A stretch of 64,000 bases of DNA from Amoebophrya sp. A120 (lineage: Eukaryota > Protista > Dinoflagellata), in the NCBI GenBank assembly GCA_905178155.1, contig CAJINV010000006.1:3844130-3908129 (forward strand), read 5' to 3'. The position numbers and the translations under genes are program-made. Shown piece after piece: positions 37,101 through 52,100 of the stretch. Positions within the stretch are counted from its first letter, which is position 1, and every line of letters starts with the position of its first letter. Below the pieces are notes generated by a model. It did no database searches, was not told the origin of the DNA, and saw nothing but the letters and a program-made list of their open reading frames with translations.

Positions 37101-40100
37101 AAGGGAATTTGTCATGGTGATTTAGCTACAAAATGAAATTTGTCTTGCATGACTGCGATTAGTACAAGTACGATACTTTTGCAGTGCATAAATTCGTGAC
37201 ACGAACGATTTCCTCCCCGAGCTTGAACGTGTTGAGCCAGTGAACTGTGGCGAGCCGCTGGATCAAGTCTTCGTCAAACTTCTTGTAGGTTTTGATACTA
37301 TTTGTCGACGCGTGATGCCTCTGGTTCTGCGCGTGCGCGTGACTATTGTACTTGTGAAAGACGTGGTCTAAAATTCGGTGGAGGCTGTTCTGTTCCGGGG
37401 ACAGCTCCACCTGTTTTTCTCCTTCCAAAGCCGTGTCGTAGTCGTCTCTCGGCAGCAATTCTTCTTTCGAGAGCTTCACGATCAGATTCATGTACTGAAG
37501 GTTATTGACCACGTCTTCGAAGGCAAAACCGTTCTTCCTTAGAAACTGAAGGACAATGACCAAGTCGGTCAACCGTAGTTCCTCCGTTTTCAACAGGGAT
37601 AAAAGGCTTTGCAGAGCGGACTTCTTCTTCGTTGCTGTGCTGTTCGATGTCATGCTAGAAGTGGGAGGAGGAGCTTTGCTGCTATCATAGACCTGTTCCA
37701 CACCATTGAACGCTTGCTCGATGGAGGCCGGGAGGTTGTCTTGTGATTCGGAAGAAAAGAGGTGTTGGTCTTTCACAGAGGGCTTGATGGAAGTGCTGTT
37801 GGCGCTGTTTGTGGTATTGTATCGGATATATGCATTTTGTTTTTAAAAACTTGTTGCACGACTATAGCGAGCGCCAATCTTCATGATCTTGCAACTGCTA
37901 CTGCAAGATGATGCTGCAACGAACAAACGGAGAATAAAACGCGAGGAACTACTTGTAGAATGATCTAACTAGTATACCTATACCAATACCTGTCATCAGC
38001 CGCGGCGTCTCCTCCGGCATGATCACCGCTCTGCTCCCCTTCCTCCCCCTCCATCTCATCATCCTTCGCCAATTTCATTTCCTCCACCTGTTTCCCCCGG
38101 TCGCGTTCCCACCTCTGCACCAACACCTTCGTCTTGTGCTTGTAGTCCTTCAAATCTGTGACTTTGAACGGCTTTTCGAGGAGTTGGCTCGGCGAGAATT
38201 CTACTTCTTTGCCCGACTTCGCCGCTGTTGTTTCCTTCAACCAATCCTCATGGATCTGCACGTCCTGCACTTGCTGTAGCAGATCCCACATTGCGGGCAG
38301 CTGCTGCACGTCCGGGGCGATCGCGCCGTATGCATTGCAAATATGTCTGGGTCTGGAAACATTAACTTTAACATGATGTGAACTTGTCATGCTACATTCC
38401 GGATGGTGCAAAAACCTGTGTTGCGTGATTACCAAAAGCTTCCCACTTTGGACGGAGTGGAGAGCCAGTTTCTCATGCAGGCGAGGCATGATACAGGTCG
38501 CGCAGAATCTGTCATGCTAGATCATGTATGACAGTTCTCATGCGTCATGGAAACCCTGCATGACAAGTCTTGCAACCTTCCAGACCCAGACATATTTGCA
38601 TTTGGTACGCCGATCAATTGCACGATTTTCAGAATCGGGAAGTGGTCGTACCCGCTACAGAATTTCTCCAAATACCTTGCCGACTTCACGATGTCTGTCC
38701 CGCCGCCGAAAAACCGGCTAGCCTTCTCGAATTCAAACAGACTGCAGTTTCCGTTGGAAAGCTGTCGCATGAACAGCTTGGCGTCCCGGAGGGTCTCCTG
38801 ACATTTCGTCGGGCCGCCGGTGTCCAATACGAGGGTTAGCGCGTCCCGGACATAGTCATCGTTCAGCTTCATCATCCTCGGCTCGGATAAGGTTTCCAAT
38901 AAAGGAATGACCCGCTTCGGCTTGCACTTCTGAACCTTCAACGCGAGTTCCCGAATACCCCCTTTCACCAACGACCCCTTATCAACTGCAAAAATGTCTG
39001 GGTCTGGAAGAGTCGGGGCTTGTCATGCACATTTTGCATGACCCGCGAGGTCTGTGATGCTGGTGGTAGCATCACATATCTTTTGAGAGCTTCTTGATGC
39101 TAATTACGCATGAGAAATGCCCTCTCCGCGTGCCAAGAACTGACTCCTCTTGCTGCTCATGCAACACAGATATTTTTAGAATCCGCAGACAGCATTACAA
39201 GTTCCGCTATTCCAGACCCAGACCTTTTTGCGATCCATACCCCTGTTCCATCAGCAGCATCAAGTCCCGCAACGGCATCTGTTCCTCTTTATGCATTGCA
39301 AAAGGATCGCACTAAGTGGGTGTGGGAATCGCATGAGAAATGTCCTCAGCATGAGAAATGGATTTTCTGATGCTGATTTACTTCGGGAATCAGATTTGTA
39401 ATGCAAGACTGCGAATAATACTATCAGTACGATTAACTTTTGCAGTGCATACTCTTTTCCCTGGAACAATTCCCGGTGGCAGTAATCCAAAACCTTTCCG
39501 GCTTCCACGTAGTGGTCCAGTTTCATTTCCGCGTTAATCGTGAGAATTTCCAGCGCCCGCGCCATCCCGCACCAGAAAACATTGCCCCGTCTGCCCTTCT
39601 CCATAATCTTATGCAGCTCGGAATTCTGGCTCGTCTGTTGCGGCACAACCGCTTCTGGGGCAGGTTGCTGCACAACCGCTGGCTTCATCGGAGTGGATGA
39701 TGCTCCTCCAGAACTCGCCGCCTGCGCCTGTTGCAACTGGGATTGTTTCTGCAATTTGGCCATCATGGCCGCCTGTTTCTTCTTCAACTTCGGCCGGATG
39801 TTTGCCGTGTGGAAACCTAATAATGGTTTGGTCCCGCACTGGTCTAAATGCAACAACAGCTGCACTGCGATTTGCTTGTGCTGCAGCAAATGCCGTTTCG
39901 TGTCCTGTTTCAGCATGTGCGCCTGCGGGTGCGGCACGATCTGCCCGTTCGCTAGCATCTGGAACGGGCCGGGGGCGGTTAGGAAGGAATTCCAGAAATT
40001 GACCGCGTCCCAGTAATTGCTTTTGTCTTTCTCGATCTTCTATGCATTGCAAATGTGTCTGGGTCTGGAAAAGTGAAACCTGTAATGCGTGTCTTGCATT

Positions 40101-43100
40101 CCTAGCAAATCTGTGTTGCGTGAGCAGCAGAAGAGCCGACTTTGTTGTCATGCAAATAAAACGCAATTTGTAATGTGTGCTAGACATCACGAAGCGTTTC
40201 AAAAACTTGTCGTGCTTGGCTGCCATGGCAAGCGTTGCAATCAGCAGCAAATCAGCATTACAGGTTTCCGGACCCAGAGTTATTTGCACTGCATATCTTC
40301 TTGTCCTTCTTCGCACTGGCGGCCATGGACCTGGTTCCCGGATTGTTATCCTCGAAGAAATGCACAAACTCGAAGAATTTATCTAATCCGCCAAAGCCCT
40401 GCACTTCGTTGAGAAGTGCGAGCATTTCTTCCACTTTGGGTATCCCGCTCATGTCGTCGTCCGCAGACTGTTTCAACGAGTTGAAGAAAGTGTAGGCCCA
40501 GTTGAGACCATCCACTTTCAGAAATTTGATGAACTTCTGGAACCTTTCCACTCGAACCATGGTGGAGAGCAAATCGCATCCTGTGCAAAAGTATCGCACT
40601 CGTAGTAATTGCAGTCATGCATTACAAGTCTTTTTCTTAAGCTAAATCCGCATTACAAATTTTCTTTCTCATGCTGAAGAAATTTGTAATGCATTTATAC
40701 GAGTACCTACGATGTTTTTACACAGGATAAATCGTGGTCACCGACGATTCCCTCGTTTAACAAATCGTTCTTTTTATTGTCGATTTCCGTATCGGACGCG
40801 TCCTCAAAATTGGTCGGCGGGTCGAGGACGAGTTGTAGCAATTCGTCCAATATGGATTGCAAAAGTGCCTGCTGGGAGGTCTGACAAAAACTTGTGATGC
40901 AAGTCTGCCACTGATGGACCCACTGCAGTTACTGCAGTGAAGCATTACAAGTTTCGGAGCTTCTACTATGTGTTGCGCATTCCGCATGGCAAACTGCGGT
41001 TTTGCATGACAGGCAAAAGGCTAGTTTCCTGTTCATGCATTACAGAGTTAAGATTCATGTGAGACAAGCATGACAAACTAGCAATCTTCCAGACCCAGAC
41101 ACATATGCAGTGCATATCCAGAATTGAGGCGAGTTTGGACTCGTCGAAATTGTCATAGTCGTCGTTCAACTGGTATTTTTCGAAGAGCAAGCTGTGAATG
41201 TCCTTCGTGATGGTCGTCTCCACCGGGTCTTTCGTCAATAATTCCGGGATGGTTTGCAGATTCTTCAACAAAAACGGCGCCTGGTCGTTCAGATTAATCT
41301 CGAAATAGGGGAGTTGTAACCGGTATCAAATGCAAAAATGTCTGAGTCTGGAAGAGTGCTAGGCTTGTCATGCAGCTTTTCCATGACCCGCGCGGTCTGG
41401 CATGCACGCCCTAGCTTGACAGACCGTAGAGATCCTGCATCTAAATTTGGTCAAAAGTGGACCTCTTTTGGTATATCATGCAACACAAATTTTTCCACGA
41501 TCCAGATGTAGCATGACAAGTTACACTCTTCCAGACCCAGACATATTTGCAATGCATAACCGGCAAGCGTGTAAAGACTGCGCGGTGGAATTGTCGTCTT
41601 TATCGGAGAACAAGTCCAGCCGGAGCCGGCACTTCGCGGTTTTGCTACTTGTAGTCCCGATCAGACCCGCTCTGGCCTTCTGGCCAAAGTCGATCAAATC
41701 ATCGTCATTCACTGTGGTTTTCGTGATGTTGGTAGTCGCGGAGTTGTTCTCCAAAGCGTCGGAGTCGACCGCTGATTTCCAGGTTTTGCCCAGAACCTGT
41801 GCGGGTGTAGCTGCTCCACCTGCTGACTTTTTGTTTTTGTCCGGCTGTTCACCAGAAGCTCCTGGCGATGCCCCCTGCTGCGCTTGCTGTTCAACCACGT
41901 CCGCGAGACAGCCGAAGGACCGAAGAAAGGCGGAGAGCTCGGAGTGGAGTTCCACTTGATCGGAGTGGTTCTGTCCTTTTGATAGTTTCTCATCCACTAA
42001 CGCTTTCACGTTCTCATCGATAGCTATTCCTGTCGGTTCCGCCTGGGACACAACTTCGTCGTGGTCGTTGTTCGTATCACCCACGGTGGCGGGCTCCGGC
42101 TCGTCGTGAGGCTCGGCGACCGCTGTGTGCTCGTCCTCGTCGCCTGGGCTTTCGTAGTTATTCTCCTCGTTTGCATTGGACTCCTTCGAGCCTTGCTGCG
42201 ACACGGAAGTTTGTTGGTCTTGCGAAGTGGTAGTAGTACCAGTCTTCCCAGCGCTTTTCCCCGGTGCAGGAGCTGCACCAGATCCAATCATCAACTTCCC
42301 GTATTTGACCGCCAAAGCCGCTCTGCCCCCAACCACTTTCTCGACCAAATCCAAGAACAAATCCTTCGATTCTAGAGAGTCGCAGAGTTTTGTCAGCTTC
42401 TGCACCAGAACCGGGTCAAGGGGGTGTTCTGGATCTTGGTCGACGTTTAAAGACCGTTTCAACAGCATCTCCGTGTCTACCAGCATCGTCTCCGCTTCTT
42501 CGGTGATATCCAACTCCAACCGTTGCTTCGCCACCGCTCTCGCTTTCTTCTTGCTCCCCTTTCCTCCCTTCGGCAACTGGGACGCTACCCGCGCCCGGAT
42601 TTTCTCCCAGTTCTGCGCCTTTTGGAGTCGCTGGTTGGCGTCGAGATTGGCTCCCGCTAGGTAGACGGAAAGCGCTTGTTTGTCGTTCGGAATTTCTTCG
42701 TAGAACTTCGTGCGCGAAGCGTCTTTGGCGCCGGAGGAGAGTTTCTCCGCATGTTGTTTCGCCAATTCGGTAAAGACAGGCGAGATGAGTAGGCATTTCG
42801 CGGCGTAGGAATCCGAAAACATCCTCTCCGGTAGCTTCACCAGCCGGTTGTCGCTCCAGGGCATGGGTTGCCCGGAAATAAATCGGGCCCGAATTTTCAC
42901 GGACACGTAGCAGTCGTGGTGGTTTGCGATCAGTGTTTCGAGGAGTTCCCGATTTATGTTGGAATTCGAGTTTTTTGTCCCGATGTGCTCCAAAACGACA
43001 TCCGCTAACACCAAGTTTCCCTGCAACACCGTCCCGTTCTGCTGTAATTCCTGGGGGAGCTCGGCGAAGTTGCTGAAAGCTACAAATTCCGGAGAGGTTT

Positions 43101-46100
43101 CATCAATCGGATTCTGCGTTCTAATCTTATTCCCGTATCGATCTGTGGAGAAGGAATAGGTCGGCTGTGGTTTCTTACTGCTGTAAAACCTGGACCTCGT
43201 CCCGTTGTATTTATTTGAAGACTTCTGCTGTCCGGCTGTTGTATTCCCGGGGAGACAAGACGACTTCGCGGTGGGTAAGGTCCCGACGTGAGAAAACAGG
43301 CAATTCCAGAACTTCCGAATCCGATGCGGATCGGAGTACTCTTTATTTCGATCCCGTTCGAACGCGATCCTCTTTCGCGCGTCCGCCGCGGTTCCATCGG
43401 GGTCGGCTAAGCAGTACGGGTGCTCGTTGCCCTTATCCGTCCACAGCTGGATTTCGTATTGGTAATCCAAGATCACCTGATCGTAGGAAACGTGCGCGTC
43501 CGGGATTTCTAAGTACAGCTTCGAATACGCTTTCTCGTAATCGGTGTGGAAAAATTTTATCCTGCCCATCTCCTGCGAGTTGTGTACAGTGTTTCTCGGT
43601 AAGGAGAGCTCAGAAAAATCGGACAGGCCAGCAATATCGGATTGGACCGCCGCTTTCAGAATGATTTTCGAAGATTTATTCGCCGGCGGGGTCGTGGGTG
43701 GGACCACTACTTCAACTGCAGGTTCCTCTGCTATAATCTGCGCTTGCTTCGAATTCCTTTTGCTGCCTTTCTGCGCCGCTGCTGCTGGGACCACGAATTC
43801 CTCCCCGGGATCGTCGTACAATCCGTCTTTCCTTACCCCATCGACAACTCCTTGATCTTCCACCTTCTCGCTTTATCAAATGCAAATATGTCTGGGTCTG
43901 GAAGAATCCGAACTTGTGATGCGTGTTGCGGATCATACAAAAATCTGTGTTGCATGACTTGCAAAAGGTCCCCACTTCTGGCCATGTTGAGAGGGCATTT
44001 CTCATAGCAGAATAGGCATCACCAAGGGGCTGCAGAACCTGTGATGCTAGGCCCTGCATTCCAGACCTGGCGGAGCTTGAAAAACTGCATGACAAATCTC
44101 GGAATCTTCCAGACCCAGACACTTTTGCATTTGATACGCTTTCCTTCGTGACAATGTGCATCAGCCAGTTTTCCGGCTATCAAAAGGAAAGATCCCCCCT
44201 CCCCATATCAAAACAAAACTTCTGATGCTGGATGTGGATACACAGATCAAGTCTGTGTTGCAGTAAAGGACTGCACGCAGATCGTAAGCCTAGGCAGGGG
44301 CCTCTTGATGTAGGCGCCTAGCATGGTAGACGGCTGCCCTGTAGGCCTTACAGCATTACAAATCTCATGCATCACGTGGCGGACAGCCTGAACTTGCCTT
44401 CTTGCAAGACAGACGCGATTTGTGCGCACAAATCTGCATCACAAATTTTCAGACGGATGCGTTTCCAATATGGGGAGGGGGGATTTTTCCTTGCAATACT
44501 GGCACTGGTTTTACTTTGATTAACACGTAATCCCCCTGGATCTTGTGATACAGACTTCCCGTCGGGAACTGTACCCAACCGGTGCAGGTGTTCGGATTGG
44601 TTAAGTGAGCTTTTTGGAACGGATCCGATAATTGTTTTTTCCCGGACAAAAATCCCGCGTTGAATTTCTTCACTTTTTTCTCTTCCTATCCTGAGGAAAA
44701 ACGTCCCTACCCCAGAGTTGTCATGCAAATCTACATGCTTCAATTGTCTCTCATGCGGAGCCCCAACTACATGAGACGCATTCTATAGCGCTGCTTTGAA
44801 ATTTGTGATGCTCCAATCAGCATAATAGAAATAGGCTAGAAGTGTGATGCTGCTGCACTAGCTCAGCGCGATTACACTACGCGGCTACACTTGTCATGCG
44901 CAACAGCCAAAGCTTGTTGATTTTGGTTGGAAAGTTCGCATCTTGACTATGGGCTGGGGACGTTTTAAAAAAAGGATACTTCCTCCAATAAAACCTCCAT
45001 CTCGTTTTCCTCCGCTACGCAGTACTCCAAAACCAAGTCATATCCTGGGCAAAAGTATCGTACTCGTAGTAATTGCATTTATGCATTACAAATCTCTTTC
45101 TCAAAGTAAATCAGCATTACAAATTCAATTTGTAATGCTGGGCTAATTTGTAATGCAATCTATACTAGTACGATGCTTTTGCATTGCATAAGTCATCAAA
45201 AGACTCAACTTTCTCTTTTCCTTGACCTAGACTAAAGCCGCCGGACTTCCCCGACACTGCAGACCGCGGCATCCTCAAAGTCGCTTCCTCAGTGGAAATC
45301 CGGATGATTTCCGGTCGTCCCGGCGCCTGCGGCCGTTGCCGTAACGGCGGAATGATGATATCCGAAGCCAAACTCGCGGTGCCCTCGATGGACTCGGGTT
45401 GGGGAATGGAGCCGGAGTGCGAGGAAAGATTCCCGAGCGAGGGGGCCTTCGACAAACTTTTTCCACTCGGTAGCTGCAGCAAACCACCGGTTTCGAGCGT
45501 GAGGGAAGAGTCGAACAAGTCGGAATTGTTGTTCATTAACCCCGGGATGCTTGTCAAACTGTCTTCTAATAGCATGCTCGAATTACCCGCGGCTTCCATC
45601 ATCCCGGTGTTAGAAACCGGTCTGTGCCGCGGTAAAACTGAAAACCTGTACGGCAACCCAGGGGTCAAATTACTCACGTGGAATCGGCAAACCGGCTCGC
45701 ACAGTATCAAATGCAAAAGTGTCTGGGTCTGGAAGATTCCGAGACTTGTCATGCGCGTTTTGCATGGGCCATGTTGTCTGTGATGCATGCCCTAGCATCA
45801 CAGACTTTTTGAGGGCTTCGTGATACCTATTCCGCCTGACAAATGCCCTGCTCTCCGCGTAGCCAAAATTGCATTCCCTCTGCTGGTCATGCAACACAAA
45901 TTTATTTAGACATCCAAATGCAGCATCACAAGTTTGGATTCTTCCAGACCCAGACATTTTTACATTTGATACACAGTTGCGTTTTCCCGTTCCATTTCGA
46001 TTCGATCTGAAAACGACTATGCCCTACCGTGCTGGTATTCTCCTCAAAAACATTTACCATCGGCTCCGCACGTACCACGTATTCCGTGACCGGTCCGAAG

Positions 46101-49100
46101 TATTTGCTGTTAAACTGTTCCGTCGGGTGCACCGGACGCCACTTCAACTCGCAGGAGGTGGGAGTGACGTTTTCAATCGTTGGCCTGCCTGGTTTCGGGC
46201 CGTGGATTTGGTACTGCACGGGTTCGCCGATTAATTGGAAGAACTGGTTTTTGTCCTTGTATTTCTCCGAAACGCGGTCCTGATTCGAGTGGGTACTTGC
46301 TTCTTCCGCGATAATGGCGAAGGAGAACACCTTTTCCAGCGAATTGTTCGGCGGTGGGCACTGCATGGTGATCAACCCGTCGAATTCGTTCTTCTTGATT
46401 TCCACTTTCGACCGGATTCTCGAGCTGTGGATCTTCGAAGTGGGCTGGGGGGGAATGACCGTGTACCCGGCGGGGGTATCTGGGATGATCTGCTCCTGTT
46501 GGGAGGAGACGACAACGGAACCGGATAGACAGGCGAGGTAGAGGGTTAGGTACTTTGTTGCACTTCCTGTTGTTCCTGCTGTAGTAGCGGTTTTCGGATT
46601 AGAGCTCGTTCTCGTCGTGAGGTTTTGACTCGACAGAAACGCCGATCGGGGCAGATTGTACGACAAAAATGCCGTTTCGCCCACGTGGTACTTCGTCTGA
46701 CTCATGCACAGCACATCCGACACGTTCGTCGGTAAGTGCCGCAACAACGAGTTATGAATTGCAAAAGCATCGCAGTCGTACTGGTATGAATTGCATTACA
46801 AATTTCATCAGCATGAGAAATGGAATTTGTAATGCTGATTGACCTTAGAAAAAAGATTTGTCACGCATCGCTGCAATTACTACGAGTACGATACTTTTGC
46901 ACAGGATACGAGTGGCACGTCGGCAAGTCCCCGGCCTTCTTCTCCCGCAAGATGTCGTAGAGTTTGGACACTTCAATATCCTGTGTAAAAACATCCCCAC
47001 CCCAGAGTTATCATGCGGATCTGCAAGCACACGAGCATTTGTAATGCGCATCCCCATGAGAGGCATTTCCCATTGTATTTTGGAACTTGTAATGCAGTGA
47101 ACAGGATAAGGAGATGAATTTGTTATGCGGCTTTCCTTGCTAAACTGGTGCATTACACTACAGCCTGCAACTTGTCATGCGTGGCTCCCAAAACCTCGAG
47201 GTTTGTGTTGCAAAATCCTCATCTTGACCCTGGTGTGGGGGCGTTTTTACACACGATATTCAAACCCAGTCAACGGTGGGTAGGTGAAGACCAATGGACC
47301 GTCCCGTGACTTTGTCATCTCGTTCACATGCGGACTCTGCGCGCTCGCCTATTGAGAGGAAAAATCCCCCCTCCCCATATCGAAAACGGAAATTTGTGAT
47401 GCTGATTTGTGGCCACAAATCATCTTTGTCTTGCATGTAGGGCCATAGGAGCCATTTGACGCATTCCAGAGCAAGTCTGTCATGCCCATTCGACTACGGC
47501 AAACCCCTTTGTCATGCGCAATTGCTAGCCTTCTGCATACACAGACAAGCTCAGAAAATGCCGCCAAGCACTTGCTGCAAGACAGATCTGATTTGTGTAC
47601 GCAAATCGAGCATCAGAAACTTCGTTTCGATATGTGGAGGGGGGATATTTCCTCTCAATATCGCTGCCATCGCGGCTTGCGCGCCGGCGCGCGCGGCGCG
47701 ACGCAGTTTGTTCATGTTGGACTTCAGGTTTTTGGATTGAGTCGTCGCTGGCTTATTGGAACCTAATCCTGCTTTGGTTGGCGAGGAAGCGCCAAGATGA
47801 CCTGATGTTCCTACCGCCGCGCCGGGTTTCGTGCTACTTGTTTTCGCGTTCAGCATCGTGTTCTCGTCCGCTGTGTCGGAAGTCGACTTCAGCAAGCTGC
47901 TCGATATGAGAGTGAAGACAACTCCCACTCCGCCTCATTTGAATTTGTATAGCATGAACAGCAAAAATACAAACACGACCACAAGTGGACGCTATGCATG
48001 ACAAGTTCGTGTGCCTAGTGTAGTACTGTTCGGGCTTGTTCATCCGGAATTTGTCATGCTAACAGTGCCGCAAGGAAGCGATTGGATTTGGGGTTTTGCA
48101 TGACAAGTTCAAATGTGAGCGAGAGGGTGGAGTTGTGCACTGTCATACTCGACCCCGTCCGCATCGACCGCATGCGCTTTTTCTCGTACGAGACCCGACT
48201 GCCCCGGGTCAGGTAAATCCCGAAAATTTCCGCCGCGAATTCTGTTTTTAACAGAGGTCTCCTCGGATCCAGGAACTTTTTCTTCGCCTGCTGTTTCAAG
48301 ATCGATTTTGGCGACGATGCCATTTGCCGTTCCTCCTCCTCCTCCACCGCCAACAGCCCGAGCTTCTGCATTAACAACTGTTCCACTTTAATACCCGGGG
48401 GTTTCGCGGCCCAGAGCCGGATGGCGAACTCTTCCAAGTCAAACCCATCTGCTTGGTGGAACGATTGTAAATATTGGTTTGTGGACATCGCCATCTGGTG
48501 CTTCAAATTTCGTCCCGAAGAAGAAGAAGTACTACGCATCTGCGTCGACAGCATATGCATTTCAAAAGTGTCTGGGTCTGGAAGATTGCAACTTGTCATG
48601 CTAAATCCGAATCATGCAAAAAAATGTGTTGCATGATTACCAAAAGAGGTCCACTTTCGAACAAGTTTAAAGGCAGTTTCTCATGCAGAATAGGCATGAA
48701 AGAGACCTCACAGCCTCTGTCATGCTAGGTCCCGCATTCCACACCTCAAGGGTCATGGAAAACCCGCATGACAAGTTCACATTCTTCCAGACCCAGACAT
48801 TTTTACATTTGGTACAGCAAGTACTGAAACAGTCCCTCGCAATCCGCCCGGTTCATATCCAAAGCGCCTCCGAAAACTTCGAAAAACTTATCAACTGCAA
48901 ATCTGTCTAGGTCTGGACGAGTGCAGATGTTTGCAATGCAGGTTTTGCATGACCCATGAGTCATGGAATGTGGGGCCTAGCATGACAGACGCGGTGAGGT
49001 CTCTGTCATGCCTATCCTGCATGAGAAAAATCTCCTACGACCCACTTGGTCGATTGTGGACAGCTTTTGGCACTCAAGCAACACAGATTTTTGTATGATT

Positions 49101-52100
49101 CAGATTCAGCATGACAAGTTGCAATCTTCCAGATCCAGACCCAGACATTTTTGCAATCCATAAAACTGCCATTTTTGCAAGTGCGGCGCCAGCCCGTTCT
49201 GCTGCGCTTCGACAGCGTATCAAAAGGGAAAATGCCCCCTCGCTCCCCATATCGAAACGAAGTTTCTTATGCTGAATCAATTTGCGAACACAAATCAGAC
49301 TTGTCTTTCTGGAGAGGACTGCAGGCCTATGCTCAGCCTGAGTAGGGAGGTTTTGAGCTAGGCGCTGAGCATGGCAAGCGTGTAGTCTCTAGGGCCAACA
49401 GCATCACGAACCGCCTGCAGAATGCGGCGGAGCCTGTGGAGTTGCGTTCTTGCAACACAGAGACGATTTGTGGTCACAAATCAGCATCACGAATTTTCTG
49501 ATGCGTCCCTTTTCGATATGGGGAGGGGGGATTTTTTCTTACGATACAGCGGGGTCGATCTTCAGGTCGCCTTCTGCTGCGCCGCCCAAATCCCCCTTGC
49601 TCATGCTGCGGTTGGTCAAGTTCAAAAAGTTCAACTTTTCAATTTCCTGCACCGGGGGAAGCAAGTGCGGGTCCGCGCCGACAATGAACTGCTCCGCTTT
49701 GCTCGTGTTTTCGTGGACGATTTGGTCACGCCACGTGAAAACCACTCTTTTCGTTTCAATCGTGTTGGCTTTTCCAGAGTGCGACGCCGCGGTGGTTTTT
49801 TTCCCGCCCTGTTTCAGATATTCTCCGGAGGAAAACAACAGCAAATTTTTCAACGACTGCACCCAGGAACCGTACTTTAATAGCAGCCGCTTCCGAAACA
49901 CAAATACCCCGACCTGCGGGGCGGACAGAGCGAGGAGGTGGAACCAGGTTTCCTTGGGGATTCCGTCGATCTTCCTGGTCTCAGTTCGCTGGGAAAAGTG
50001 CGTCATCTTCGATAAGCATTTCGCGTACTCGAAAAGCGCGTTTGCCTCGTCGTCCTGGACCTTCCGTCTCCGCGCCGCCAAGTGCCGGTACGCAGGGTCT
50101 TCATACGGGTCTTCGTGAAATGCCCAGCAGTATCCTGCGTAAAAACGTCCCCACCCCAGAGTTGTCATGCAGCTTTGCGATTACAGGAACATTTGTGATG
50201 CGCAGCTCTACGAGAGGCGTTTCCAGTCATGTTTTGGAATCTGTAATGCTGTAAAACAGGATGAGCTTCCCTTGCTAACCAGCACTTCCCTTGCTAACCA
50301 GCACTACACGGGAGACGGAAACTTGTCATGCACAACTCCCAAACCTTGGAGATTTGTGTTGCAGATTTACCAACTTGACTCTGGGGTGGGGACGTTTTTA
50401 CTCAGGATAAACAGTTGGACAGTTTCAGCGAGTCCTTGTTCGTTTCCACCAAGTTTTCAATCACCTGATTCCGCTGATCCTCCAGATCCTCTGGGTCTTG
50501 CGCGCTGGAACCGGGTATCAAATGCAAAAGTGTCTGGGTCTGGAATGTTGCAACCTGTGATGCTGTCTTTGGAAGGTAGGAAAAATCTGTATTGCATGAC
50601 CAGCAAGAGGAACTCAGTTTGTGCTACGCGGAGTGGGCATTTCTCATGCGGAATACGCATCAGAAGGACCGTCAAAAATCTGTGATGCTAGGTCATGCAT
50701 TACAGGCATCATGGGTTATGCAAAATATACATGACAAGTCTCGCAATCTTCCAGACCCAGACATTTTTGCACTTGATACCGGGAACGGCGGACGCGAGAA
50801 TTTGGTTGACTTCCAACTTGGTGAGTTCCGGCTCCTCTTCTTCCTCAAAATCGACCCCGATGTTGATCTATGCATTGCAAAAGCATCACACTACGTAGTG
50901 GTAGTAATTGCATTTCTGCATTACAAATCTAGTTCCTAAGGTCAATCCGCATTACAAATTGGATTATGTAATGTTGCTAACGCTAAGTCAATTTGTAATG
51001 CAATTTATACTAGAAGTGCGGTGCTTTTGCAACCCATATAATCTCCTTTTTCTTCGTTTCGGACTTGGATCCAGAGCGGCCGTCCACTTGAAACCCATCT
51101 TGGTCACCACCGTCGAAAAGTTGCTCTTGCTGCTGTGTTTTATCATCAACACCGCCCGGCGTCGCTGGCGCGGTACTGGTCGCGGATTCCTCCGCTAGAT
51201 TCCGGTCGTGAACCAGTTCTAGATACGCTTTCACCAAGTTTTCCCGAGTCACAAACTCCTGGATCTCAATCCCCGCGGATTTGGCTAGCTCCACGTTGCG
51301 ACCGAGAGAAGTTGTGTTATTTTTTCCGGTTTGTCCCCTTGCCGTTTTCGTCCCATCTGCTTCTTCCTGGTCTTCCTTGTACCTTAAATCTTGAAACGCC
51401 GCTTCGAAGCTGTTATGGATTGCAAAAGTGTCTGGGTCTGGAAGGTTCTGAGACTTGTCATGCACGGTTTACATGAGACGTGATGTCTGTGATGCATGCC
51501 CTAGCATCACAGGTTTTTTGAACGATTCATGATGCCTGTTCCCCATGACAAATGCCCTCTCTGCGTAGGAAAAATTAGAATCCTTTTGCTGCTCATGCAA
51601 CACAAATTTTTTTAGATATCGATATCCAAATGCAGCATCACAAGTTGCGTTCTTCCAGACCCAGACACTTTTGCATTTGATAGCTGTTGTATTTCTGCAG
51701 CACCATGGTTCGCAACTTCAGTAATTGCGAAGAGGACACTATCGAGCAAAAAAACTGTGTAAGTGTAACTTTGTAGGCAGAGGAGCATCACAAATTCGTT
51801 TTGCATTACAGAAAAAACCTGTCAAGCGCAGCTAGTACGTGAAAACACGTATGATACACAGCTATGCCTATGACGCACTTCCAGCATGACAAGATGTAAC
51901 TGTTTTGCAGTTTCTGCATCACAGATTTACACTTAAGTACACAGTTTTTTTCTTGCATAGACACGTCGCACAAAGCGGTCGCGATTTCATCCACGTGCAC
52001 CTTCTGATTCGGCATGTCCGCTAAGAAAGCCGGCCGCCCCGTCAGCATCTTGAAAATGTTCGACAAAAACTCCCGTTTCGTGATCAAAAAAAGGTTCTGC

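Noticed and set aside
28490-50118. Long plus-strand ORFs (e.g. 28490-29221, 34332-35048, 49450-50118)
   Set aside because: They are antisense shadows of minus-strand exons.
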